From the NCBI GenBank assembly GCA_946402735.1, contig CAMIXH010000002.1, positions 310,080 to 374,079 on the forward strand: a DNA stretch of 64,000 nucleotides, given 5' to 3'. This stretch comes from an uncultured Mycoplasmatota bacterium (GTDB taxonomy: Bacteria > Bacillota_I > Bacilli_A > RF39 > UBA660). The notes beneath the pieces are model-generated. The model was not told where the DNA came from, ran no database searches, and was given only the letters and a program-made list of their open reading frames with translations. The position numbers and the translations under genes are program-made. Shown here piece after piece: positions 43,996 through 52,938 of the stretch; the stretch's first letter is position 1, and every line of letters begins with the position of its first letter.

Positions 43996-45959
43996 TTTAA
44001 ACCTAGTGTTTTATAGTAATTCTTATCTAATATTAAAGCAGACATACTAACTTTCTTATTAACAGTTCTATTAATTCTATCAATATATTTAGAATCTACT
44101 TTTTCATTCTTATTAAATGGTTTAAATTTACCGGTAACACTATTGTATGTTCCTTTGTCAGTAATCCAACTTCTATCAGATAGTATAACAATATGTTCTT
44201 CTTTACTAAATATATCTCTACCCATTAATAATCTTGAATCATATTCTAAACCAAACAAGTTATATAATGTTGGTACAATATCAATACTACTTACTACTGT
44301 ATTAACTTCTCTTTGTCTTAATGTTGGATTATACATAATTAATGTAGTATGATAATTTTCAAATTTATCACTTCTATCAGTTTTACTTCTTTCATTTAAT
44401 TGTGATTTAGATAATCCATATGGATAATGATCTGGAGAAATAACAATTAATGTATCATCTAATACTTTTGCTTTTTCTAATCTCTTTAGTAATTCAGCCA
44501 TTGATCTATCAAATTCTATTTGAGTTGCCATATATGCTTTAACAGCTTCACTAGTTTTCATATTTTGAACTAATGCTTTATTTTTACTAGCCATATTATT
44601 TCCACCAAAGTTGTATTCTAAATGTCCACTAACAGTCATATAGTATGTTGCGAATGGTTGTTTCTTTATATAATAATCAGTTGTTGCTTTAATCATTTCA
44701 ATATCACTATTTGGCCAATGATTACAATTCATTTTCTTTTCTAATCCATTACCACAACCAATATATTTAAGTCCAATATTTGGATGACTTAAATGTCTAT
44801 CATAATATTTATAAGTATGATTATGGAATCCATATGTTGTATATCCATTCTTTTTAAATACATTTGGATAAGCCATCTTCATATTTACTTTACTTGATCT
44901 ATAGAAACTCCATACACCTTCTTTAGGAATTAAACTTGTTAAGTTTAGATATTCACCATCACTTGTTGATACTGGATATAATGGTTGATAATAATTATTA
45001 AATACCCAACCAGTATTAGCCATCTTATATAATGTTGGTGTTAAATCTTTATCAAGAGCAATCTTATCAAAACCTTCTGCTGTAATAAAAATAATATTTT
45101 TACCCTTAAATATACCAGTAAAATCATTCTTTTCTGTAGGTTGAACTGATTTAAAATATTTATGCATTTTTTCTATAGTTTTATCACTAGTTTTCTTAAT
45201 TAATTTATCAAAATCAATATTAGTGATATTGTATTCAACTTTTGGTTCAATTACTACTTCATCTTCTACATCATCATCATAAGTAAATTGTTCTTCAAAT
45301 CCAAATAAATATCTATAAACATCTATTCCTTCCATTGAGAATAAACCAGTTTTATTTATTGTTAACATAGGAGCATGTGTTTTATATAATAAATCTTCTA
45401 AACAATATAAACCATAACTAGTTTTTATTTGAAGAATAATTCCTAAAATAGAAACATTCATTATAACTACAAATATTAAATATCTAAGTAATCTTGCTCT
45501 TTTAAAATCTAATATTTTCTTACTAAAAATAAATGATAATATTAATGGTATAAATACTAATAATAAGATATACCATATATTTGCTATTATTTCTAAAATT
45601 CTTTGCCAGAATTGCATTACTTGTCCAGCACCAGTTGTTAATGAAAAGAATGAAAAAATTGAATGGTAAAAATTAAAATATACAATTTGAGCAAATACTA
45701 ATATTCCCAAAAATGCAGAATAAATATGAGTAAGTACTCTATTCACCTTTTCATTAAATAGTGATGTTAAAATAGTCATTATAACTATTAATGGAACACT
45801 AAATTCTATAACAGATAATGTATTAAATGACCAGAAGTCACCAATAATAAATATTCTATAAATCATTTCTAGATAAATAATCCAGAATATCCACCAAATA
45901 AATACACTTGCTTTCTTTTTTTCAACAGTTTCTTTTTTTACTTCTTTATTCTTTTTCAC
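43992..45959 (-). CDS. LTA synthase family protein (LtaS-like sulfatase-fold, polytopic N-terminus)
   Basis: Five N-terminal TM helices precede an extracellular sulfatase domain (FITAEGF, SPDHYPYG). Confidence 0.75.
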   Translation of the reverse strand: MKKNKEVKKETVEKKKASVFIWWIFWIIYLEMIYRIFIIGDFWSFNTLSVIEFSVPLIVIMTILTSLFNEKVNRVLTHIYSAFLGILVFAQIVYFNFYHSIFSFFSLTTGAGQVMQFWQRILEIIANIWYILLLVFIPLILSFIFSKKILDFKRARLLRYLIFVVIMNVSILGIILQIKTSYGLYCLEDLLYKTHAPMLTINKTGLFSMEGIDVYRYLFGFEEQFTYDDDVEDEVVIEPKVEYNITNIDFDKLIKKTSDKTIEKMHKYFKSVQPTEKNDFTGIFKGKNIIFITAEGFDKIALDKDLTPTLYKMANTGWVFNNYYQPLYPVSTSDGEYLNLTSLIPKEGVWSFYRSSKVNMKMAYPNVFKKNGYTTYGFHNHTYKYYDRHLSHPNIGLKYIGCGNGLEKKMNCNHWPNSDIEMIKATTDYYIKKQPFATYYMTVSGHLEYNFGGNNMASKNKALVQNMKTSEAVKAYMATQIEFDRSMAELLKRLEKAKVLDDTLIVISPDHYPYGLSKSQLNERSKTDRSDKFENYHTTLIMYNPTLRQREVNTVVSSIDIVPTLYNLFGLEYDSRLLMGRDIFSKEEHIVILSDRSWITDKGTYNSVTGKFKPFNKNEKVDSKYIDRINRTVNKKVSMSALILDKNYYKTLGLK

Positions 45960-45976
45960 TTTTCTTATCTCCCGTA

Positions 45977-46111
45977 TTACTTATTTAACTTTTTTATGAG
46001 TGATAGTACAAAAATAGCTAATATTAATAAAATACATACTATTATTAGTATAACCATTTCTAGTGTTACACCATCCATATCAGTCAAAAGTTTTTCTACT
46101 AAATAGTTCAT
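45977..46111 (-). CDS. Small (44 aa) single-TM protein, not in the ORF track
   Basis: Manual translation gives MNYLVEKLLTDMDGVTLEMVILIIVCILLILAIFVLSLIKKLNK. SD GGTGA lies 5 nt upstream, with a TATAAT box further upstream. Confidence 0.4.
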   Translation of the reverse strand: MNYLVEKLLTDMDGVTLEMVILIIVCILLILAIFVLSLIKKLNK

Positions 46112-46156
46112 AAATGTCACCATAAATATTATACAAAATAATTGCAAAAATATCTA

Positions 46157-46768
46157 TTAATCTTGCAATTTATTTCTAACAGAATATTTGCATCCACAAT
46201 AATCCTGTCTATATAGATTATACTTCTTAGATAATTCTATAGAATGCTTATATCCATTTTCTTTTTTAAAGTCAGAATATAACCAAGTTACACCATAAAT
46301 ACTTTCCATTGTTTTACCAATTTCATTTAATAATTTTGAATTTTTATATGGACTAACTGTTAGTGTAGAACAGAAGAAATCATAATTCAATTTTTTAGCA
46401 TATTCTGCTGTTTTAGAAAGTCTTAATTCAAAACAAACAGTACATCTACTTCCTCTTTCTGGTTCATCCTCTAATCCTTTTATTTTTTCTTCATATAAAT
46501 CATTATCATAATCACAATCTATAATATCAATATTATTTATTTTATCTATTTCTTTTATTAATCTAATTTGTTCTTTTTTTCTTTTTTCATACTCACTTTT
46601 TGGTGAAATATTAGGATTATAATAGAATATTGTTATATCAAAAAAATTAGTCAAATACGAAATAACATGACTACTGCACGGAGCACAACAACTATGTAAT
46701 AATAATCTCTTTTTACTCCCTAGATTTTCTAATTGTTTTTGACCTAATTTAAAGTAATTTTCATTCAC
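46157..46768 (-). CDS. queH: Epoxyqueuosine reductase QueH (DUF208)
   Basis: It has LLLHSCCAPCS, RCTVCF and QDYCGC cysteine motifs, and a size of about 200 aa. Confidence 0.8.
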   Translation of the reverse strand: MNENYFKLGQKQLENLGSKKRLLLHSCCAPCSSHVISYLTNFFDITIFYYNPNISPKSEYEKRKKEQIRLIKEIDKINNIDIIDCDYDNDLYEEKIKGLEDEPERGSRCTVCFELRLSKTAEYAKKLNYDFFCSTLTVSPYKNSKLLNEIGKTMESIYGVTWLYSDFKKENGYKHSIELSKKYNLYRQDYCGCKYSVRNKLQD

Positions 46769-46802
46769 TTTTATTCACCGAAAATATTATAACACAACTA
46801 CA

Positions 46803-46830
46803 TAAAAAAAGAATTCTAAATTGAATTCTT
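46803..46830 (-). terminator. Terminator after the pilin gene
   Basis: AAGAATTC-taaatt-GAATTCTT is followed by a T-run on the - strand. Confidence 0.75.
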
Positions 46831-47286
46831 TTATCTACCAACTTGTAACAAATTCTTAGCTTGTTCAATATTCATTGTTTTAGCATTTACTGAATAAAAA
46901 TCATTCTCATCTATTGTATTAGGTTCAATACCATTTGGATTAACAATAAATATTGCATTTGTTCCATCATATGTTAGTATTCCGATTACTTCTCCATCAG
47001 TATTAACATAAACAGCATATTTATATTCTTTTCTACCTTGTAACTCTAAAGTGTTTTCTGGATTGGTTTCAATATTATTATATAGTTTCTTTTCATAACT
47101 CATAATTGATTCTCTTAAATATGTATTTGTAGCAGATCTACAAACTTCTCTTGTTTCAGATATAAAGTTTTGTTTCTTAGTATTTTTAAAAGATTCAATA
47201 ATATTAGGCGCAATAGTAATAACCAATACTGCCATAACAGCAATAACTGCAAGTAACTCAACTAAAGTAAAACCTTTTTTATTCAT
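46831..47286 (-). CDS. Type IV pilin / ComGC-like pseudopilin (prepilin N-terminal methylation motif)
   Basis: MNKKG|FTLVELLAVIAVMAVLV has the canonical G(-1), F(+1) and E(+5) followed by a hydrophobic helix. Confidence 0.8.
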   Translation of the reverse strand: MNKKGFTLVELLAVIAVMAVLVITIAPNIIESFKNTKKQNFISETREVCRSATNTYLRESIMSYEKKLYNNIETNPENTLELQGRKEYKYAVYVNTDGEVIGILTYDGTNAIFIVNPNGIEPNTIDENDFYSVNAKTMNIEQAKNLLQVGR

Positions 47287-47441
47287 ATAATTACCTACTT
47301 TCTAGTAATATTTTATCATATTATTATTAAAAGATAGACTTTTTGTTATTTTATTTACATTATATTATATAAAGTTTTTTATAATTGAATAATAATAAAC
47401 TATAGTTATGATATTATTAATAATAGATATGAGAAAAGAAT

Positions 47442-47768
47442 ATGAAAACTATTAGAACAAATGGATTAAAATTAGAAATAGCAGATTTAGATTATAATTT
47501 TATAAAAGAAAAAATGGAATCAAACAAAAGGAAAGGTAAAACAGATCGACTAGAAGCTTATTCAAAATTACTTAATAATATAGATAAAAACTCTACTGCT
47601 AAAGAAATTGAAAATGAAGTAAATGCAATTATTGATATTGATAGAAAAAGAATAAAAGATTTAAAAAATGAAATAAAAAGATATGAAAAAGAAATATCAA
47701 TATTAACATATTATTCTGAAAGAGAAAATGAAGCAGATGTTATGACAACATTGATTGCAAATTTATAA
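47442..47768 (+). CDS. Small coiled-coil hypothetical protein
   Basis: A 108-aa Lys/Glu-rich ORF with a weak SD and a terminator directly downstream. Confidence 0.35.
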   Translation: MKTIRTNGLKLEIADLDYNFIKEKMESNKRKGKTDRLEAYSKLLNNIDKNSTAKEIENEVNAIIDIDRKRIKDLKNEIKRYEKEISILTYYSERENEADVMTTLIANL

Positions 47769-47770
47769 TA

Positions 47771-47800
47771 AAAAAACTAACAATAAATGTTAGTTTTTTA
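47771..47800. terminator. Bidirectional terminator
   Basis: AAAAAACTAACA-ataaa-TGTTAGTTTTTT. Confidence 0.7.
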
Positions 47801-47813
47801 AATCTCAAAATAT

Positions 47814-47887
47814 TGGAGGAACCGGCCGGATTTGAACCGGCGATGACGGTGTTGCAGACCGGGGCCTTACCACTTGGCTACGGTTCC
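47814..47887 (-). tRNA. tRNA-Cys (anticodon GCA)
   Basis: A manual fold fits. The acceptor is GGAACCG/CGGTTCC, the anticodon loop is CTGCAAC, the T-arm is GCCGG-TTCAAAT-CCGGC, the discriminator is U, and CCA is encoded. Confidence 0.9.
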
Positions 47888-47918
47888 ATGTACAAATAAT
47901 TATAGCAAATTATATGTA

Positions 47919-49514
47919 CTATTTCAAGTTAAAAGTGTATTTAACCCCTCTAATTAAAAGAATTAATTCAATTTTATTAGCTTTTAATACTTCTCTTGTT
48001 AATTCCATATAAGAATAATCATCTTTATTGTAATTAACATTTATTTTTTCTAGTTTAACCGTCTTGTAATTTCCTTGATATCTATATCTAATAATTCCAT
48101 ATTGTTCAAATAAATCAGCTGGATATTTTATAATATTTTTCATATAAATTGAATCATCAACTTTAATATTTGCTTTTATTTTTAGAATAACTACTTCACC
48201 TTTATTAGTTCCCTCTGGAATAATAGAATAAATTGCTTTTCTCTTTTTACCATTTAATTCATATGTATATTCTTCTTTAAATGAATCTCCAAATTCAAAT
48301 GAACTAATATGAACAGTAGTTTCTTTTAATATTGATTCTTTTAATACTACTTCATTAGGAATAGTATAATTACCTTCATCTAAATTATTATTTAAACTAT
48401 TAGGAATAATTAATACATCTTTATATTGAGTTGCATTACTTGTATTAATTAGGTTATTAATCTTAAATAAATATTGTTTTTCTAGATCCTGACTTTTTAT
48501 CTCAAATACAACTGTTTTTTCGGCATCCTCGCCTGCTTTTAATTCAAATGGAGCAAATATATCGCCAATATCAGTAAACTTGTTAGAATAGTTAAAAGAT
48601 GGCAATAATAACTCTTCTCCAACTTTTAATCTAAATGTATCTCTATTTAATATTTTACTCTCAGGAGTTATATTACTCATAAATACATCTACTAAAATAT
48701 AATACTTACCATCAGAAATAATTATATTATTTTTATCTGCTTGTGTTATATATGATGTATTTACTTTAAATTGAATTGAAGATGCTGTTACTATTTGATT
48801 TTCTGCATAACTTTCTTTATAAACATTTAATTTATTAAATAAATAAAATGATATACCAAATACTAAAATAGATGCTGTTCCAATTACAAATATTTTATTT
48901 TCTAATACAAAATATTTAGATAATCTAAGTAGCTTTCTAAAGAATCTTGCTATCTTATAAGTATCTGTTCCTAAAGTAACTTCTACTTCTTCATTATCTG
49001 AAGTATCTATTTCTAATTCTTCTAAATCTTTTTTAAAATCAAATTGTTTTAAATTAAATCCAAGCGTTCTACCAAGTACAATAAACATTAATACAAATTG
49101 AGGAAGTATTATAATGATACTTATATCTCTCATTGCTCTTATTGATTCTACACTTATTGATGCTTCTTCTAAATTTGAAAATACTGTTCTAATATATATA
49201 AAGAAGAAAATTAATATTAAATAATACATAAATATAAACAAATATGTTTTATTACTCTTCTCTTTAATAGACAAAATATAATAAATTACAAATGTAACAA
49301 GTATAGCAATAACTGTAACTATAAATAGTAGTGCAGGTACATAAGTACTAGCTAGGTTACTTGTATTAAAATATAAACCAGTTTTAGCATAATTACTAAA
49401 GAAAGAATATATACTAAAAGAGTCTGCTAATACATAAATAAGCAAACCTAAAAGAAAGGCATGAATAAGCCTAAAATGTTTAATTAAAAATGCATAAGGC
49501 TTCTTAATTACCAA
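47919..49514 (-). CDS. Polytopic membrane protein with an extracellular DUF4352-like beta-sandwich region
   Basis: It has about 5 TM helices followed by large extracytoplasmic domains. It probably starts at TTG 49514, 9 nt after AGGAG. The track start at 49523 is a TTG abutting the SD. Confidence 0.45.
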   Translation of the reverse strand: MVIKKPYAFLIKHFRLIHAFLLGLLIYVLADSFSIYSFFSNYAKTGLYFNTSNLASTYVPALLFIVTVIAILVTFVIYYILSIKEKSNKTYLFIFMYYLILIFFFIYIRTVFSNLEEASISVESIRAMRDISIIIILPQFVLMFIVLGRTLGFNLKQFDFKKDLEELEIDTSDNEEVEVTLGTDTYKIARFFRKLLRLSKYFVLENKIFVIGTASILVFGISFYLFNKLNVYKESYAENQIVTASSIQFKVNTSYITQADKNNIIISDGKYYILVDVFMSNITPESKILNRDTFRLKVGEELLLPSFNYSNKFTDIGDIFAPFELKAGEDAEKTVVFEIKSQDLEKQYLFKINNLINTSNATQYKDVLIIPNSLNNNLDEGNYTIPNEVVLKESILKETTVHISSFEFGDSFKEEYTYELNGKKRKAIYSIIPEGTNKGEVVILKIKANIKVDDSIYMKNIIKYPADLFEQYGIIRYRYQGNYKTVKLEKINVNYNKDDYSYMELTREVLKANKIELILLIRGVKYTFNLK

Positions 49515-49598
49515 TCTAACCAACTCCTACTATAAGAATTATAACATTTTATAATAAAAAAGACTATATTTTTTAGTCTCTTTTAAATTAGCATATTA

Positions 49599-50696
49599 TT
49601 ATTTATTGTATACAAATATAGTATTATTACTATTAAATGTTAATTCATAATTATAGAATATTATTTTGCTTCCAGTATATGGATTATACTTATAAACATT
49701 ATCTTTATATTGGTAATAAATATCATCATTATTTTCTTTAATTATATTATTTGAATTATTATTGATCTTTATTAATAAATCTTTATTTTCATTATAACTT
49801 TTATAAATACCATCACTACTATAAGTATAATTTGAATTATTATTTTCTATTTTAATTTTATCTACTTTATATAATGATTTACTACAAGTTACAAATTCAC
49901 CATTCTCATATTTAACATAACCAAGTTCATTATTACCAATTATTTCAACTTTATCTTTTTTAGTATCTATTTCATATAAAATAGAAAACTTATTATCAAA
50001 TAAATATAATTTATTTTTTATATTACCAACTATATAAGAATCAAAATCAATATTATGTTTTAAATTTATTACTTTCTTCTCAAATGTTTCAAGATTTAAT
50101 GATATTAATTTAGTAAACTCATGTTCTTCATCATTATTAGCCATATAAATAGTATTATCAATTATATAAGCTAAACTATTGTCATATTTATCTTTATCAA
50201 ATAAATTAATATTTTTATATTCTTTACCATTCATAACAATATACCCTTTATAATTCCATAAAGCAATATATTCTTTATCATTTAAATTATTATAAAGTAT
50301 AAAATCTTTATTAGGTTTTTCTATTTCAATACTTTCTTCTTTATATTCATTTAATAATTCTGAATCTATTAAATTATAATCAGTATAAACACCATTTAAA
50401 TAACAAAGAGGATATGTTTTATATTCTTCAATAGTTGGATAAATACATCTTAATTTTTCATCCTCTATTAAGTCTATTTTACTAATCATAGTTTTCCTAA
50501 ATGATCTACTATCAAGAATATCAAAATTATATGTATAATCATTATCTTTTATTTCATAATAAAATCTTTTATTCTTATAAATAGTTTTAATTTTATAATT
50601 ATCAACTTTATAATTAATTTCATAATTAGAAAATCTATATTTAAGAACAATTAATAAAGAAAAAACTAATATTATAATTATTAACCATTTTTTCAT
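49599..50696 (-). CDS. Signal-anchored extracytoplasmic hypothetical protein
   Basis: The start is moved to MKKWLII, 5 nt after AGGTGA. The protein is Asn/Tyr/Lys-rich and beta-rich in composition. Confidence 0.45.
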   Translation of the reverse strand: MKKWLIIIILVFSLLIVLKYRFSNYEINYKVDNYKIKTIYKNKRFYYEIKDNDYTYNFDILDSRSFRKTMISKIDLIEDEKLRCIYPTIEEYKTYPLCYLNGVYTDYNLIDSELLNEYKEESIEIEKPNKDFILYNNLNDKEYIALWNYKGYIVMNGKEYKNINLFDKDKYDNSLAYIIDNTIYMANNDEEHEFTKLISLNLETFEKKVINLKHNIDFDSYIVGNIKNKLYLFDNKFSILYEIDTKKDKVEIIGNNELGYVKYENGEFVTCSKSLYKVDKIKIENNNSNYTYSSDGIYKSYNENKDLLIKINNNSNNIIKENNDDIYYQYKDNVYKYNPYTGSKIIFYNYELTFNSNNTIFVYNK

Positions 50697-50747
50697 AGTA
50701 TTCACCTATATAAATTATACAATATAACAAAATAAAAAACTAGTTTC

Positions 50748-51191
50748 CTAGTTTTTTATAATACCATTTTCAGTTAAGAAGTTCACTGTTAAATCTCGAT
50801 TTGCAAAACCAACAGTACTATTAACAAAGTTTCCATCTCTCATAATATATGTATATGGAACATTTCCGTCATAATCGCTTAATTCAAATGAATTCATTAA
50901 TTTATCATATGCATCTTGGTCTTTTTCTCTAATAGTATCTACTTCAAAGAAGTACAAATTTATGTTATATTTATTTGCTAATTTTGATATAACTGGATAG
51001 TATTCCTGACAATGTGAACAATAAGATGCTCCGTATATAGTTAATACTTCTTTATTATTAATAATGTCATTATACCAATCTTCTACAGTTCTTTCTTTAT
51101 AGTCTGGCATTTGAGAATTAAGTGAAATAACAATTACTCCTAATATAACAATTATTATTCCAATTATAATACCAATATATTTCTTTTTCAT
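50748..51191 (-). CDS. Membrane-anchored extracytoplasmic thioredoxin-like protein
   Basis: It has an N-terminal TM anchor and the active site YGASYCSHCQEYYP (CxxC). Confidence 0.7.
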   Translation of the reverse strand: MKKKYIGIIIGIIIVILGVIVISLNSQMPDYKERTVEDWYNDIINNKEVLTIYGASYCSHCQEYYPVISKLANKYNINLYFFEVDTIREKDQDAYDKLMNSFELSDYDGNVPYTYIMRDGNFVNSTVGFANRDLTVNFLTENGIIKN

Positions 51192-51249
51192 AAAAATACC
51201 TCTATATTGATTTTATAACATTAAGGTTTTTTTTACAATGAAAAAAGGT

Positions 51250-52920
51250 TTATTTACAAACCTTTTCTCCGTTAACTGTTCTTGTTTTTCCTGTATAAAT
51301 CCATCCGTTTAATGTTTTAGAATTACTCCATTTATATTGATATCCAGTAGTTTCAACTCTTGTAACTTTAGCTTTCTTCTTAGAAGTTGCATATAAGTTA
51401 CATTTGTCTCCTTCTAACTTCCATCCCTTAGAACATTCTCTAACTGTATAAGTTTCAGTTACAACTTTATAACATTTTGATCCACTTAACTTATAAGATG
51501 AATCTTTACATTTATAATATGTAGAACCAGCTATTAACTTGTAGCATTTTAATGTAGATCCGCTACCTTCTTTAACATCTGTTCCACTTGGACAACTATA
51601 AGTTGTTGTAGTCTTAGTACACTTATGATCACTTGTTAATGTATATCCACTATATTTATTACAATTGTATGAAGTAGTAGTTTTAACACAATTAGATCCA
51701 CTTAATGTATATCCACTATATTTATTACAATTATATGTAGTAGTTGATTTAACACATTTGTTTCCACTTAATGTATATCCACTATATTTATTACAATTAT
51801 AAGTTGTAGTAGTTTTCTTACATTGTTGACCACTTAATGTATATCCAGGATACTTATCACAGTTATAAACTGTTTTATAACAAGTATCAGTATATACAAC
51901 GCTTACATCTTTACAAGATTGAACTTGAACTGTTTCATAACATGTATTACATGTTGTTGTTGGTTTACCATTAATAATTGTAGTCTTACAATCACAAGAA
52001 TATGGTCTCTTTTCAGTCTTAGTAGTACATTGTTGTTCTACTCTTGTTTTTTCACAAGAATATGGTTTTTGTACTGCTGTAGCTGATTTTGTATCAGTAG
52101 TAGTTACTTTAGTTGCATCTTTTGTATCTGTTGTAGTTACAGGTGTTGCAGCTTTAGTATCAGTAGTAGTTACTTTAGTTGCATCTTTTGTATCAGTCTT
52201 AGTAGTAACAACTGTTTTTAATTGTTGTAATTTAGCTTGTTCTGTAATTAATTGAGCATCTTGTGTTAGAGTTTTTTCTCTAGTCTTAGTTTTGATAGCA
52301 CTTTCACTATCTTTTAAAGTCATCTTATAACAATATTTACCTTTTAAAGTATAATTCTTGTCACAAGAATATTTTGTTTTAGTTCCACTAACTAATTTTT
52401 TGAATTGATATTGAGTAACTTTAGTATAAGAACATTTTTCTTCTTTATTACCACAGTTACAATTACATTCAACTCCGTTATTAGGACAATATACATGACA
52501 TCCTAATGTCTTTGTTGTGAAACTTGATTCTTTTCCACATACTAAGTATGTTTTTAATTCATATCCAAGATCACCTTCAAGTTTAGTAATACTTACATAT
52601 GAATTAGTTTTATCACAAGCTTTTCCATCTTTATCAACAAATGGTAATATTAAATTCATATTTTCCATTTCTTCTAAAGTAAGTTTTACACTTTCACCTG
52701 GAACGCTTGGTAATTTATCTGTAGTGAAATAATTTTCACCAGCTTCTTGCATATATTTAATATTTTCTCTGTAGACATTACTATAGAATGGAGTCATATT
52801 AACATTAGGTATTTTCTTTTGGAATAACCAAATTAATATGAATATAAATATAGCAGCAAATATAATTTTTACTAATAGATCTAATACACTAAATCCACTT
52901 TTTCTTTCATTACTATACAT
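51250..52920 (-). CDS. Cys-rich repeat protein with a prepilin-like N-terminus
   Basis: The N-terminus MYSNERKSG|FSVLDLLVKIIFAAIFIFILIWLF has G-F and Asp at +5. I counted about 33 Cys by hand. Repeats are 4 x 22 aa (TTTYNCNKYSGYTLSGxxCxK) and 4 x 11 aa (TTTDTKxATxV). Confidence 0.6.
   Translation of the reverse strand: MYSNERKSGFSVLDLLVKIIFAAIFIFILIWLFQKKIPNVNMTPFYSNVYRENIKYMQEAGENYFTTDKLPSVPGESVKLTLEEMENMNLILPFVDKDGKACDKTNSYVSITKLEGDLGYELKTYLVCGKESSFTTKTLGCHVYCPNNGVECNCNCGNKEEKCSYTKVTQYQFKKLVSGTKTKYSCDKNYTLKGKYCYKMTLKDSESAIKTKTREKTLTQDAQLITEQAKLQQLKTVVTTKTDTKDATKVTTTDTKAATPVTTTDTKDATKVTTTDTKSATAVQKPYSCEKTRVEQQCTTKTEKRPYSCDCKTTIINGKPTTTCNTCYETVQVQSCKDVSVVYTDTCYKTVYNCDKYPGYTLSGQQCKKTTTTYNCNKYSGYTLSGNKCVKSTTTYNCNKYSGYTLSGSNCVKTTTSYNCNKYSGYTLTSDHKCTKTTTTYSCPSGTDVKEGSGSTLKCYKLIAGSTYYKCKDSSYKLSGSKCYKVVTETYTVRECSKGWKLEGDKCNLYATSKKKAKVTRVETTGYQYKWSNSKTLNGWIYTGKTRTVNGEKVCK
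51600..51870 (-). repeat. Four tandem 66-nt (22-aa) coding repeats
   Basis: TTAATGTATATCC recurs at 51636, 51702, 51768 and 51834, a period of 66 nt. Confidence 0.85.
52078..52210 (-). repeat. Four tandem 33-nt (11-aa) coding repeats (TTTDTKDATKV)
   Basis: The unit GTATCAGTAGTAGTTACTTTAGTTGCATCTTTT repeats with variants. Confidence 0.8.
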
Positions 52921-52938
52921 ATCAAAACCCCCCTCTAA

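Noticed and set aside
39179-47887. A genomic island bounded by tRNA-Gly and tRNA-Cys.
   Set aside because: The intervening genes are core metabolism and envelope functions (PAP2, upp, pyrP, ogg, the LtaS-like gene, queH). I saw no integrase, no direct repeat of a tRNA 3' end and no visible compositional shift.
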